From sequence record PV467749.1: a stretch of DNA of 64,000 nucleotides, one strand, 5' to 3'. Shown one piece after another: positions 1 through 17,563 of this stretch. The notes beneath the pieces are model-generated. The model had not been told where the DNA came from and made no database searches. It worked only from the letters and a program-made list of their open reading frames with translations. The DNA is from a phage. Position 1 is the first letter of the stretch; each line of letters starts with the position of its first letter. A program made the translations under genes and the position numbers.

Positions 1-243
1 TATCACTAGTTCTGTCTTCTGTATCAGCTAATTCTGCATCTTGTACAATATCAACCAAACCACGCATACTAGATTCTTTTACTTTATTAGGGAGTTTTGA
101 ACCTTTCTTAAGATTTCCCTCTTTTTCATCGGCTGCATTCCACTCTTTTGCTGCACTTTGTGAAATCCCTGCTTTTTTGGCGAATTCAGGATTATGGGCA
201 GCAGCAGCGAAGAATTTCGCTTGGCTTTTACTTTTACTTGGCA

Positions 244-244
<1 letters not shown>
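1..244 (-). CDS. hypothetical protein, partial (start ATG at 244-242, 3' end beyond window start)
   Basis: Minus-strand frame open from ATG at 244 to position 1 (MPSKSKSQAKFFAAAAHNPEFAKK...); ATG overlaps stop of upstream gene (TAATG coupling). Confidence 0.4.
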
Positions 245-2411
<2,167 letters not shown>

Positions 2412-2424
2412 AGGTTATATACTG

Positions 2425-3487
<1,063 letters not shown>

Positions 3488-3531
3488 GTAATAAAAGCTC
3501 CGATATGGTTTTAATGTTCAATTCGATAGTA

Positions 3532-3560
3532 ATTATAGCTAAGAACTAATGTTCTGTCAA
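3532..3560 (-). promoter_or_regulatory. consensus sigma70-type promoter (TTGACA-N17-TATAAT) for the IF3 gene
   Basis: Plus-strand attata at 3532-3537 and tgtcaa at 3555-3560 give TTGACA, 17-nt spacer, TATAAT on the minus strand, about 45 nt upstream of the ATG at 3487. Confidence 0.6.
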
Positions 3561-3751
3561 GCACTATCATTATGTTTTTTAATTGCTTCACAGATTGCTT
3601 GAACTTGCACTAGATAAGTTTTAGCAAACTCTGCTTGAGTACGCACACGTGGATTTGGTGCGTCTTTGATCATAAGTTCTAAATCATAAACTACTTTATC
3701 GAAAACACCCTTGTCTTCAATAATACGATCATAAAAGGTTTTGTCAGTCAT
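3557..3751 (-). CDS. hypothetical protein (64 aa)
   Basis: Small ORF with GGAG RBS. Confidence 0.4.
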   Translation of the reverse strand: MTDKTFYDRIIEDKGVFDKVVYDLELMIKDAPNPRVRTQAEFAKTYLVQVQAICEAIKKHNDSA

Positions 3752-3774
3752 GTCAAGAACTCCATGTGGTTAAA

Positions 3775-4341
3775 TTATAATTTTACGTAAGAAACTACAG
3801 CAGCATCAGTTACAGAAGGTACGTTTAAGTACACATTCTCGTACTCAATGAAATCAACAGTGGTAGTAGATAGTGCATCTTTAACACGTTGGATTGTTTT
3901 CTGTACAGAAATTTCTTGATTCTCAATTGCATTAGTACCATCACCTTTAAGTGATTCGTTTAACAATTCTTGAATAACTTCTGCTGCTTTAGCAGTTTTA
4001 AGATCAACAGTGGTTAGTGCAGCTTGTTCTTCAACGCTTAGAGTGCTTAGGAATGGCTCGTAGCTGATATAACCCACATTGATGGTTGCACCAGTTGGAA
4101 TAGTTGCTGCTGTGCCTGGGGTAGCAAATTCAACAGTACAATACACTGGGACAGAATAAGTTGATAGTAGGCGTGTAACCTGTAGGTAACGTAGTAGTGC
4201 TACAGACTTGTCAATTGTTTGTTGGTCGGTTGGTGCAGTTGTTGGGGAAGATGAATCATAATCTTCATACATATAATAAGGAATATTATCTAGATTTGTC
4301 CCTGCAACTTCAATTTTGAATACTTGTAGTAAATTGTTCAT
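3775..4341 (-). CDS. hypothetical protein
   Basis: ORF 3775..4365; start trimmed to ATG at 4341, preceded by GGAGAAG RBS. Confidence 0.5.
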   Translation of the reverse strand: MNNLLQVFKIEVAGTNLDNIPYYMYEDYDSSSPTTAPTDQQTIDKSVALLRYLQVTRLLSTYSVPVYCTVEFATPGTAATIPTGATINVGYISYEPFLSTLSVEEQAALTTVDLKTAKAAEVIQELLNESLKGDGTNAIENQEISVQKTIQRVKDALSTTTVDFIEYENVYLNVPSVTDAAVVSYVKL

Positions 4342-4424
4342 TGTATATTCTTCTCCATAATACAAAACACTTTTGATTATTTATTGTTAAGAATCAAAAT
4401 TATTTATGTATATCATTTAGTCTA

Positions 4425-5768
4425 TTAGAATCGTGCATTCTGACGCAACATAACATTGTAACGCGGTCGTGTCATAGCAGTGTATAGGATTCTGCATTTT
4501 GTATCGTTAGTTCCGATACGCTCAATAAAATCAGTATCAAACCAGATGTTATCGAATGTACTTCCTTGTGATTTGTGAACAGTTGTTGCATAAGGATAGT
4601 TGATAATATGTAATTTGTTTTTAATCACATAGTAATCTTGCCACATATATGGTTTCTTTGTCAATGGGTTGATTTCTTTTTTCTCAATGTTTTTAACTAG
4701 TTCATCGAGTTTAGCTTCCATTGCAATTCTCGTTTCTGGTCCTACACCTAAGATGTAGCTACCATTTGGCAAACGGAATTGCCAACAATCAATACCCATG
4801 AAACTTTCGGTTTTCACATCAGGACATTGGATGATTTGCTGAACCACATATGGACTGTTCTCAGTAATGCTTTCAAAGACAATCGGTTCACCTTTTGTGA
4901 ATTCCTCTGGTACTTCGAACAATTGGCTACGAATGTAGATGTTAGCCAAGTTCACACGGTAGTTGGTGTATGCCAAAATTTTATTTTCATTAACAAAATC
5001 AAATATCTTCTTAGCTGAACCTTTGTTCTCCATAATGAATTCACGGTAAACTTCCAAGAAAAGATCTTCATCTTCAATTGGTGTAATAGTACTCAAACCA
5101 TGTGTCTGGTGCATAATATCAAACGGGTTCTTGGAAGTACCTATGCACTCACGAATTGCAGTTGCAATTGCAAGTATAGGGTTATCCAACGCTTGACGTA
5201 AAACTTCTGTTAATTCATATTGTACTGGAACATCAAAAGTAGGGGAAAGCTTAGTTTCTCCTATTGTGCCTTCTGATTCAACTGGAGGCAACTGACAGCG
5301 ATCACCGATGAATAAAACCGCTCGGCGAACACGCCACAATTGATCCTGAATGTGTTGAAACAGTTCTTCTGAAATCATACTACATTCATCGACAATTAGA
5401 ATATCAACATTAGTATTACTAACTTTACTTTGTGGGTCATGCTTCAGTACTTGACGATTCTTTTCATATACTAGTTTTAAACCTAGAAATGAGTGAATAG
5501 TACTAACCTGTGCATCTTCTTTAGTTAACCCAGCATTGTTGATTAGCATATTGCGAATAACAGAGTTTGCCTTGTGTGTTGGCGATGTTACTGCAATATT
5601 GTAATTTTTACATAGTGCTTTAACAATCTCAGCAGTAGTGAAAGTTTTACCTGTACCCGCTGGTGCTGACAGTACAGATATAGTTTTACCTGCATAATTA
5701 TAAACACGATCTACAAAATTATCAAAAATTTCTTGTTGCTTATCCGTAAGCTTGATTTTACTCATCAT
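4425..5768 (-). CDS. dda: Dda-like SF1B DNA helicase
   Basis: 447 aa; Walker A (SAPAGTGKTF), Walker B (ILIVDECSMI); size matches T4 Dda. Confidence 0.8.
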   Translation of the reverse strand: MMSKIKLTDKQQEIFDNFVDRVYNYAGKTISVLSAPAGTGKTFTTAEIVKALCKNYNIAVTSPTHKANSVIRNMLINNAGLTKEDAQVSTIHSFLGLKLVYEKNRQVLKHDPQSKVSNTNVDILIVDECSMISEELFQHIQDQLWRVRRAVLFIGDRCQLPPVESEGTIGETKLSPTFDVPVQYELTEVLRQALDNPILAIATAIRECIGTSKNPFDIMHQTHGLSTITPIEDEDLFLEVYREFIMENKGSAKKIFDFVNENKILAYTNYRVNLANIYIRSQLFEVPEEFTKGEPIVFESITENSPYVVQQIIQCPDVKTESFMGIDCWQFRLPNGSYILGVGPETRIAMEAKLDELVKNIEKKEINPLTKKPYMWQDYYVIKNKLHIINYPYATTVHKSQGSTFDNIWFDTDFIERIGTNDTKCRILYTAMTRPRYNVMLRQNARF

Positions 5769-5790
5769 TCCCTCGACTGATTATTACACT

Positions 5791-7099
<1,309 letters not shown>

Positions 7100-7176
7100 T
7101 TATTACTTTAACTCCATATAAACTATCAAAAAAACGTAAATTTGGGTAAATACTTTATAAAAATAACAATAAGATT

Positions 7177-8632
<1,456 letters not shown>

Positions 8633-8634
8633 AA

Positions 8635-10039
<1,405 letters not shown>

Positions 10040-10041
10040 TC

Positions 10042-10069
10042 ATTATAGCACAGTTCTGGTGTTTGTCCT
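10042..10069 (-). promoter_or_regulatory. sigma70-like promoter, AGGACA-N16-TGCTATAAT class
   Basis: Plus attatagca at 10042-10050 and tgtcct at 10064-10069; shared architecture with five other sites. Confidence 0.4.
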
Positions 10070-10074
10070 AAATT

Positions 10075-10269
10075 TTATTCGGTTGGTACAAACATGACAA
10101 TGTGTGCCTGAACGACTCTAGTACCATCAACCAGTACAAGACCATTGGGACAAACATCAGATACTGCACCAGTTACCTTAAATCCACCAGTTAGGTAGAA
10201 GTCATAGATAACATTACGCTCAATTGTAAAAATATCACTCATATAAATTCCATAAGAAAAGGGATTCAT
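10075..10269 (-). CDS. hypothetical protein (64 aa)
   Basis: Small ORF upstream of the promoter. Confidence 0.35.
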   Translation of the reverse strand: MNPFSYGIYMSDIFTIERNVIYDFYLTGGFKVTGAVSDVCPNGLVLVDGTRVVQAHIVMFVPTE

Positions 10270-10290
10270 AGAATCCCTGTTAGTTTTATT

Positions 10291-11415
10291 TTATAGTTTA
10301 AATGGCGAGAATGTATCTCCTTGGATATCATTCACAATACCACCAATGATATAAGAACTGATTTCAGTTTCTTGTGGTGCTACCTGTACAGAACTACCAC
10401 TTACCCAGTGTTCAGTCCACGGTAGTGGGTTACTCTTGGATACAGTATATGGACATTTGATACCAAGTGCAGTCATACGCTTAGAACCAATCCAGCGAAC
10501 ATACTGTTTAAGAATTTCAGAGTTCAATCCAATAATAGAACCATCTTTAAAGAGGAAATCTGCCCATGCTTCTTCTTGGCGAATAGCAGACATAAACATT
10601 TCCAGTACTTCATCATAGCACTCTTCGGCAATTTTTACCATATCTGGATCTTCTTTCTTTAGAAGACGTAAAATCATTTGTGTTGCTGCGAGATGAAGGT
10701 TTTCATCACGACAAATTAGACGAATAATCTTTGCATTACCTTCCATGAGGTTGTTCTCTGCAAATGCCCATGAACAAGCAAAACTAGCATAGAAACGAAC
10801 ACCTTCAAGAATGTTAATACTATTCAAACATAACCATAGTTTTTTCTTTAGATCATACATATTAATTTCAATAGTTTTACCATTAACAGTATGAGTACCT
10901 TCACCTAATGCACGATACAATGTTCCTAGTTCATCAAGGTCATCATAGTATTTTGAAACATCAGCAGCACAATCAGTGATTTCTGGAATGTCCAACATAG
11001 TATCAAAAACTTCAGATGGATTAGGATAAATGTTACGAATAATATGTGTATATGATTTACTATGAATAGCACCTTCAAAGAACGCCCATGTTTCAATAAA
11101 GTTTTCAAGTTCAGGTAGAGATGCATATGGCAGTAGCATTAGATTAGGACCACGACCTTGAACTGAATCAAGAAGGATTTGACGTTTTAAGTTTGATGTA
11201 AAGATATGCTTCTCAGAATCATTGAGGTTAGCAAAATCAATTTTATCTTTAGATACGTCAACTTCACCTGGTGTCCAGAAGAAACTTTTCTGTTGTTCAG
11301 TTAGTTTTTCAAGTGTAGAGTATTTGTTACTTTCAAATCGTTGAATATCAACACTTTCATCAAAAAACATATTCTTTTCTAGGTGAGACTTCTCATTAAT
11401 TTTGAAAACTGACAT
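10291..11415 (-). CDS. nrdB: ribonucleotide reductase small subunit (class Ia NrdB)
   Basis: 374 aa; di-iron and tyrosyl-radical region (EGVRFYASFACSWAFAENNLMEGNAKIIRLICRDENLHLA). Confidence 0.9.
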   Translation of the reverse strand: MSVFKINEKSHLEKNMFFDESVDIQRFESNKYSTLEKLTEQQKSFFWTPGEVDVSKDKIDFANLNDSEKHIFTSNLKRQILLDSVQGRGPNLMLLPYASLPELENFIETWAFFEGAIHSKSYTHIIRNIYPNPSEVFDTMLDIPEITDCAADVSKYYDDLDELGTLYRALGEGTHTVNGKTIEINMYDLKKKLWLCLNSINILEGVRFYASFACSWAFAENNLMEGNAKIIRLICRDENLHLAATQMILRLLKKEDPDMVKIAEECYDEVLEMFMSAIRQEEAWADFLFKDGSIIGLNSEILKQYVRWIGSKRMTALGIKCPYTVSKSNPLPWTEHWVSGSSVQVAPQETEISSYIIGGIVNDIQGDTFSPFKL

Positions 11416-11427
11416 ATATATATTCCT

Positions 11428-12201
11428 TTATGTATTAATTTTATGACCCAATTTATATGATAGCCAATGGATATCACTAATTCCTTCTTGTGAACCCAAG
11501 TGTAGTGTAAGTAGTTCATTCCATGTCAAAACTGTATTATTGTCCGGTGTATGAGCATTGTATCGAGCCATACCATCGGCACATGGGTCCAACGCGAGTA
11601 TTTGATTACCCGTAATAGTTTTTGCTGGTGCTTCTAACCCCATCAATGAGCGTATATCATCCGATAGTATTTGAAATGCGGATACTGCTGCAACATTTAA
11701 TGCAGTAATATTATCTTTGATAAAATCAACCGTTAAAGTTTGATAATATGAAATATAGTTCTTATCAATATAATCCCATTTATCTTTAATGAAATCAAGT
11801 GTTAGTTTTTGGTATCTGGAAATTTCCGACATTACACCATCTCTAAATTCAACAAGGTCATTCCATTTGTCTTGAATAAAATCTTGTGTTAGTTTTTGAT
11901 ACTTAGCAACAGTATCCAGAAAGTTATCTTTGAAGTCATTCCATTTTTCCATAATCAATTCCATTGGCATGACTACATATTGTGCAATAACATTTTTATC
12001 AAACCACTCCCACTTTTCTTTAAGAAAATCAGTTGTCATTGTTTGATATCGAGCTAACATATTAGGGTTCATTTTATCAAAATGTTTTTTTATAAAGTCT
12101 TGTGGGAGTTTTTGATAGCGAACAATCATATCCATATCAAGATCATCCCAAAATTCTTCTATGAATCCAATATCTATTGGACTACGATAGTCAACTTTCA
12201 T
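11428..12201 (-). CDS. tandem-repeat protein between nrdA and nrdB
   Basis: 257 aa with about six ~29-aa repeats (RYQKLTQDFIKDKW...); no nuclease motifs seen. Confidence 0.5.
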   Translation of the reverse strand: MKVDYRSPIDIGFIEEFWDDLDMDMIVRYQKLPQDFIKKHFDKMNPNMLARYQTMTTDFLKEKWEWFDKNVIAQYVVMPMELIMEKWNDFKDNFLDTVAKYQKLTQDFIQDKWNDLVEFRDGVMSEISRYQKLTLDFIKDKWDYIDKNYISYYQTLTVDFIKDNITALNVAAVSAFQILSDDIRSLMGLEAPAKTITGNQILALDPCADGMARYNAHTPDNNTVLTWNELLTLHLGSQEGISDIHWLSYKLGHKINT

Positions 12202-12222
12202 TATATCACTCCTATGAAATAA

Positions 12223-12240
12223 ATCCCGCCGAAGCGGGAT
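12223..12240 (-). terminator. stem-loop with UUCG tetraloop downstream of nrdA
   Basis: ATCCCGC-ttcg-GCGGGAT on the minus strand followed by UUAUUU; weak U-run. Confidence 0.35.
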
Positions 12241-12246
12241 CTTTAA

Positions 12247-14565
12247 TTAGATCTTACAACTATCACAATCACCTTCATCTAAGTCAGGTAGTGTAGGCAA
12301 CACAAACTGTCCTGATTCTGGTTTTGCAGCTTCTTTTAGTACTTTCTCAACATCAACTTCATCAGAACCATCATTAGTATTATGATAGTACAGATTTTTC
12401 AAACCAACTTTGTATGCATACATTAATTCAGTTAGTAGTGTTGACATTGGCAACTTACCATCAGGGAAGTGTGCTGGATTGTAACTGGTATTCACACTGA
12501 TACTTTGGTCAATGTATTTCTGAAGAACACCACAGATTTGTAGATAACCGATGTTATCTTTCTGGTCCCACAATAAATCATATTTGTTTTTCAACTTATT
12601 GATTTCAGGAACTACTTGTTTCAGAATACCATCTTTAGATAGTTTCTTAGTTACAAGTGAACGAGGTTTCTCAATACCATTAGTACTGTTACTGATTTGT
12701 GCACTAGTTTCTGCTGGCATCAGTGCCATAGTTGTTGCGTTACGAATACCATATTGTTTGATATCCTGACGCAATGTTTCCCAATCTTGTTTTAGTTCAG
12801 GAGATACCAACGCATCAATATCTTCTTTATAGGTATCAATTGGTAAAATACCTTTAGCATATTTTAGTGTGTCAAAACCTTCACACTTACCTTTCTCTTT
12901 AGCAAGCTGAACAGAAGATTTAATTAGATAATAAGACCATGCTTCAGCCCACTCGTTAACTGTTTCCAATGCAGCTTCATTGTAACGCAAACCACGTTTA
13001 GCAAGGAAGTATGCAAAGTTAATTATACCAACACCTAATGGGCGATACATTTTAGTTGCACGGTCAGCATGAACTACTGGGTAGTCTTGATAATCCAATA
13101 GAGAATCAAGAGCACGTACAGAAAGATCACAAGCAGTTTCCATATCTTCTGGGCGGTCAAAGTTACCCCAGTTGATTGCACTCAAAGTACATAGACTAAT
13201 CAAACCTTCGCCAGTATTAATATCATCAAATGGCACAGATGGTAGTGCGATTTCTTGACACAAGTTGGATTGTTCAATTGGTGCAATTGATTCAATAAAG
13301 GTTGAGTGTGTGTTTGCATGGTCAATGTTTTGAATATAGATACGACCAGTTTCTGCACGCTCAGTCATTAGAGTACTGAATACTTCAACAGCAGATACAG
13401 ATTTTTTACGAATGCTTGGATCAGCTTCATACTTCTTGTACAGCTTTTCAAATTCTTTTTGGTTAGAACAGAATGCTTCATATAGCCCAGGAACTTCATT
13501 AGGACTAAAGAATGTAATATTCTTGCCATCCACTAAACGTTGATATAGTGTTTTGTTCACTTGGAAACAATAGTCAAGTTGTCGAACACGGTTGAACTCA
13601 GTACCTTTGTTATTTTTCAGTACTACAAGATTGTCAAATTCCAAATGCCACAATGGGAAGTGGACTGTTGCTGCACCACCACGCACACCACCTTGAGAGC
13701 AACTTTTAACGGTCTTAGCAGTTGATGCAATGAAAGGAATCAAACCAGTGTGTACTGCATCACCTGAACGAATCTCGGAGTCCAGAGCACGAATGCGGCC
13801 CATATTGATACCAAGTCCAGCTTTACGGGAAATATAACGTAGGATAGCGTGGTTAGAAGAACCAATACTATCTAGACTATCCCCAACGTTTAGTACTACA
13901 CAAGAACTAAACTGACGTGTATTGGTACGTAGACCAGCCATGATAGGAGTCGGGAGACTGATATCAAAGTTACTAACAGCATCATAAAACTTCTTAACAT
14001 AAGACATACGTACAGAGCGATCATACTCCATAAAGATGATTGCTGCAATGGTCATATATGCCATTTGTGGAGTTTCGTAGATTTTCTTAGTTACGCGATT
14101 CTTATATAGATACTTTCCTTCCCACTGACGCATAGCAACATAAGTGAATTTATCATCACGTTTATGTTTGATGTAACGTCCAAGCTCTTCAATTTCTTGA
14201 AGTGTGTATTTCTCAAGAATTTCTGGATCATAGATTTTTGTATCTACCATTTCTTGTAGATGTGCAGTGTACTTGATAGGGTCATAGTCACCATACACTT
14301 GCTTACGGATACTATAATTTAGTAAGCGACCAGCAACGTATTGGTAGTTTGGTGTATCTTCAGAAATAAGTTCTGCTGCTGATTTAATCAGAATATCATG
14401 AATAGTATTTGTTTCAATACCTTCAAAGAATTGAAGTTGTGCACGAATTTCAATTTCGGAAACAGATACACCACTCAGCCCTTCGGCAGCAAAAAATAAA
14501 ATTTGATGGATCTTATCCAAAGATAACGGTTCTTTTTTTCCATTACGCTTGGTTACGTTAATCAT
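12247..14565 (-). CDS. nrdA: ribonucleotide reductase large subunit (class Ia NrdA)
   Basis: 772 aa; N-terminal ATP-cone-like region, SNLCQEIALP active-site motif, C-terminal CxxC tail. Confidence 0.9.
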   Translation of the reverse strand: MINVTKRNGKKEPLSLDKIHQILFFAAEGLSGVSVSEIEIRAQLQFFEGIETNTIHDILIKSAAELISEDTPNYQYVAGRLLNYSIRKQVYGDYDPIKYTAHLQEMVDTKIYDPEILEKYTLQEIEELGRYIKHKRDDKFTYVAMRQWEGKYLYKNRVTKKIYETPQMAYMTIAAIIFMEYDRSVRMSYVKKFYDAVSNFDISLPTPIMAGLRTNTRQFSSCVVLNVGDSLDSIGSSNHAILRYISRKAGLGINMGRIRALDSEIRSGDAVHTGLIPFIASTAKTVKSCSQGGVRGGAATVHFPLWHLEFDNLVVLKNNKGTEFNRVRQLDYCFQVNKTLYQRLVDGKNITFFSPNEVPGLYEAFCSNQKEFEKLYKKYEADPSIRKKSVSAVEVFSTLMTERAETGRIYIQNIDHANTHSTFIESIAPIEQSNLCQEIALPSVPFDDINTGEGLISLCTLSAINWGNFDRPEDMETACDLSVRALDSLLDYQDYPVVHADRATKMYRPLGVGIINFAYFLAKRGLRYNEAALETVNEWAEAWSYYLIKSSVQLAKEKGKCEGFDTLKYAKGILPIDTYKEDIDALVSPELKQDWETLRQDIKQYGIRNATTMALMPAETSAQISNSTNGIEKPRSLVTKKLSKDGILKQVVPEINKLKNKYDLLWDQKDNIGYLQICGVLQKYIDQSISVNTSYNPAHFPDGKLPMSTLLTELMYAYKVGLKNLYYHNTNDGSDEVDVEKVLKEAAKPESGQFVLPTLPDLDEGDCDSCKI

Positions 14566-14631
14566 GTGTCATCCTTGTTATATTGTTTATACAGTTCTTA
14601 AATTTTGTGGAAGAAAAAGGCGGGACGCCTT

Positions 14632-15213
14632 TTAAGGTTTGTCCCACCCACGATATACAAATTCTATGTGGTATCCTGAATTTAAATAATCCGCATTAAC
14701 TATGTCAAATTGCATATTTCCAGTACTTGAATCATAAACTGGATTACTAAACAGAATAGATAAAATTGCATCAGTACGGCTTGTGTTATTTGACTGTGCA
14801 ATCATAGTTGAAGAACCAGCAGCAACAATTTGCACTGTGCCTGATTCTAAAATAGTCTCATTGCTATTATACGCGATGTAGTCGATGAATACACGACTTT
14901 CACTTTCAATAATAACTTCAACACTCTCTTGGTTTTGTGGAATGTCTACTTCAAATGGACGGTTGATGATTTTGGATACCGTTCTCCACGGTGAGAATTC
15001 GGTAATTATTTCCACGTTCTCTTTACCAGAGTTTGGATCAGTTTCCCATGTACGCCCAGCAACTAAGCTTGCTGGGTCTGATGAGGAAGGTAGGCCGATG
15101 AATACACGACCCACATCAGTACTGAATCCTATCTGGCCTTTTTCCAACGCGTCTGGTAAGTCACGTTGCTTACCAGTTCTTACTTGCTGTAACGCAATTT
15201 GTTGTTGTGCCAT
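14632..15213 (-). CDS. hypothetical protein
   Basis: 193-aa ORF; GC-rich hairpin (14615-14633) overlaps its stop. Confidence 0.5.
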   Translation of the reverse strand: MAQQQIALQQVRTGKQRDLPDALEKGQIGFSTDVGRVFIGLPSSSDPASLVAGRTWETDPNSGKENVEIITEFSPWRTVSKIINRPFEVDIPQNQESVEVIIESESRVFIDYIAYNSNETILESGTVQIVAAGSSTMIAQSNNTSRTDAILSILFSNPVYDSSTGNMQFDIVNADYLNSGYHIEFVYRGWDKP

Positions 15214-15241
15214 AAAAACTATCTCCTATAGTATTATAGGA

Positions 15242-15799
15242 TTATTTAGCGTTTTCTTTAACTTCAGCAATACGCTCATTGATTAGTTGAGATACAACAG
15301 AGCTATCAACGGAAGAAAGAATTGATTCAGGAACTAGGGATTTCAAGTGTTTTACATAGTTTGCAACACTTTTTAGTTCTTTGGTTTTTAGTGCTTCTTT
15401 GATAATATCCAAATCTTCTTTTGAAGCTTCAACACGTTCAATAACAACAACGTCTTCTTCTTCAACAACAGGTGCTAGTTCTTCAGCGATTACTTGTACT
15501 TCTTCAGATACTTTAATTTGTTCTTCAGTATCTACTACATATGATTCGATTACTTCTGGTGCAACATTACGAGATACTTCATCAACACTAATATCTTCAG
15601 CAATTTTCTCTTTGATTACTTCTACTGGTTTTGCACCGCGAGATTTATAATCTTTAATATTAACTAGAAGTTTATTTGAAAGTTGTAGTTTGTCAATTTC
15701 TTCATCACTTAGTTTGATTACTTCATCTAAGGAGTAGCCTTTACTTTCTAGTGCACGAATTGTATATAGGTCTTGTTTCATTTGTTTATGCTGTTCCAT
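15242..15799 (-). CDS. acidic hypothetical protein
   Basis: ORF 15242..15886 trimmed to internal ATG (15799) to limit overlap with the upstream gene; E/V-rich. Confidence 0.4.
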   Translation of the reverse strand: MEQHKQMKQDLYTIRALESKGYSLDEVIKLSDEEIDKLQLSNKLLVNIKDYKSRGAKPVEVIKEKIAEDISVDEVSRNVAPEVIESYVVDTEEQIKVSEEVQVIAEELAPVVEEEDVVVIERVEASKEDLDIIKEALKTKELKSVANYVKHLKSLVPESILSSVDSSVVSQLINERIAEVKENAK

Positions 15800-16505
15800 T
15801 TGATTCAATTTCTCCACGTAAAATATAGTATTGTTCAACTCTACCAATCCACATATCAACCGCATCCTTGAAGTCTTGTCCTTCAATAACGAATTCTTGA
15901 TATTGTAAATTGTTAGGATCTTTTCTTACACAGATGAAAATTACACCACGCTCAATATTTGTTCCAAACATTTGATTATGCGATAGTGCATATGCAGCGA
16001 TTTGCATACGGTAATTTTCGATATGTTCCCATGTCTTTAATTTACGGGAATTCTTATAGTCCATGATAGAAGGAATACCATCATGAACTCCAACTAAGTC
16101 AGTTGTTCCAGCCCATAATCCTTCATAGAATAATGGAACTTCCTGACCCCACACTTCATTGATTCTAGGCCATGCTTCTTCTTGAATTTTGTCAGCCATT
16201 CTACGGGCCAGAACTCGTATCGGCATACCACCTTGGTGGTCTGGCTTTCCATCCAGACGATATTCTAAGTTCTCGTGCATAAAAGTACCAACAGTACATG
16301 CTTCTAATGTAATCTCATTAGCTTTCTCTTCACCAACAAATTCTCTCCATTTTTTCAACCCCTCATTGTCAGAGGTGGCACTAAGAATTGTTGTTACTGA
16401 CGGCAGATTCCCTGTTGGAGTTGAATAAAGGCGACCTTCGGGGCCGCCTTCAATTCTTTTGTAATCAACGTATGTATATCTGCTAACAATTGGTGGTGTG
16501 TACAT
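15786..16505 (-). CDS. PD-(D/E)xK family nuclease (RecB/Cas4/YqaJ-like)
   Basis: 239 aa; motifs GTTDLV, IMDYKNS, QIAAYA in canonical order. Confidence 0.6.
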   Translation of the reverse strand: MYTPPIVSRYTYVDYKRIEGGPEGRLYSTPTGNLPSVTTILSATSDNEGLKKWREFVGEEKANEITLEACTVGTFMHENLEYRLDGKPDHQGGMPIRVLARRMADKIQEEAWPRINEVWGQEVPLFYEGLWAGTTDLVGVHDGIPSIMDYKNSRKLKTWEHIENYRMQIAAYALSHNQMFGTNIERGVIFICVRKDPNNLQYQEFVIEGQDFKDAVDMWIGRVEQYYILRGEIESNGTA

Positions 16506-16518
16506 CCGTGTACTCCTA

Positions 16519-16546
16519 ATTATAGCATCGTATTTTTGTTTGTCTC
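16519..16546 (-). promoter_or_regulatory. sigma70-like promoter GAGACA-N16-TGCTATAAT
   Basis: Plus attatagca at 16519-16527 and tgtctc at 16541-16546, in the intergenic gap upstream of the nuclease gene. Confidence 0.45.
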
Positions 16547-16551
16547 AGTTT

Positions 16552-16881
16552 TTATTGCTTATTTGCTGCAACAGCAGCTTTTGTTGCCCAATCTTCAACT
16601 TGGTCTTCAGAGTTCTGTTCAACTTCACCAGTACTTTCTGAATCATTACCAGTAAATGTTACAACATCCGAATTCGCATCTTGCACAAATGGCAAAGAGT
16701 TTAGAATATCCATCATAACATTATAAGGAACATCAATGTTGGTTCGCTTTTTGATTTCAGCGATTAAAGATTGTAGGTTCACTTCTTCGCGACCCGATGA
16801 TACTAAAGACAACGCAATAGTAGTAATCATATTGCGTATGTCTTTACCAGGAGCCTCTTCTGTAAGATCTTGAAATCTCAT
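16552..16881 (-). CDS. hypothetical acidic protein
   Basis: 109-aa ORF. Confidence 0.45.
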   Translation of the reverse strand: MRFQDLTEEAPGKDIRNMITTIALSLVSSGREEVNLQSLIAEIKKRTNIDVPYNVMMDILNSLPFVQDANSDVVTFTGNDSESTGEVEQNSEDQVEDWATKAAVAANKQ

Positions 16882-16897
16882 TTAGATTCATCCTTAA

Positions 16898-17530
16898 TTA
16901 TTTTTTAACGTATCCTAGTACACGTTTAACTTTCTTCTCGTTCTCAGATAGCCAAGTTTTCATTTCTTCTTTGTTTTTGAAGAATTTAGTACCTACAGTA
17001 CCGCGAACACTTTCCATCTTAATACCAATTTGAGTTGGTTTTACAGATTCTTTCATTTCACGTTCAGTTGGTACTGGCTCAGAAATAATATCTTCTTCGA
17101 AATCAGCATCAGCACCCATGTCGAACGTTGGGGTGTCAGCAGCAATGTCGATATCAACATCTTCACTACCAATATCAGAAACTGCTGGACCATCAGTGAT
17201 ATCACCAGTTAGTTTTAAAGTTTCAGTACTGATTTTGTCTTTAACATCCATTAGAGTAGTAACTGCATGTTGAAGTAGGTGGCGAACACTATCACTAAAG
17301 TTCTGTGCAGCATCAAGACCTTGTTCCGCTTTGATACGGTCAAGTAGTGGGCCTAGAACGTCAACGCCCATGTTGTTGATTACTTCAGACTGACGTTGTA
17401 GTTTGTCAACGATTTCACCTTTAACAGAGAGAACGATTTCAGCTTTCTCAATATTAGATTCGTTCAATTTGATGAACTTCATTGCTTCAACACGTGAAGC
17501 AGATTCCATTAGTTTTTTGTAGTTAGACAT
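16898..17530 (-). CDS. hypothetical protein
   Basis: ORF 16898..17554 trimmed to ATG at 17530 with AAGGA RBS. Confidence 0.45.
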   Translation of the reverse strand: MSNYKKLMESASRVEAMKFIKLNESNIEKAEIVLSVKGEIVDKLQRQSEVINNMGVDVLGPLLDRIKAEQGLDAAQNFSDSVRHLLQHAVTTLMDVKDKISTETLKLTGDITDGPAVSDIGSEDVDIDIAADTPTFDMGADADFEEDIISEPVPTEREMKESVKPTQIGIKMESVRGTVGTKFFKNKEEMKTWLSENEKKVKRVLGYVKK

Positions 17531-17563
17531 TTGAATTTCCTTATAAAATATCACTAAATTTAT

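Noticed and set aside
10291-14565. Group I intron interrupting nrdA or nrdB, as in T4
   Set aside because: Both genes are single uninterrupted ORFs of normal length; the intervening gene is a repeat protein, not an intron ORF.
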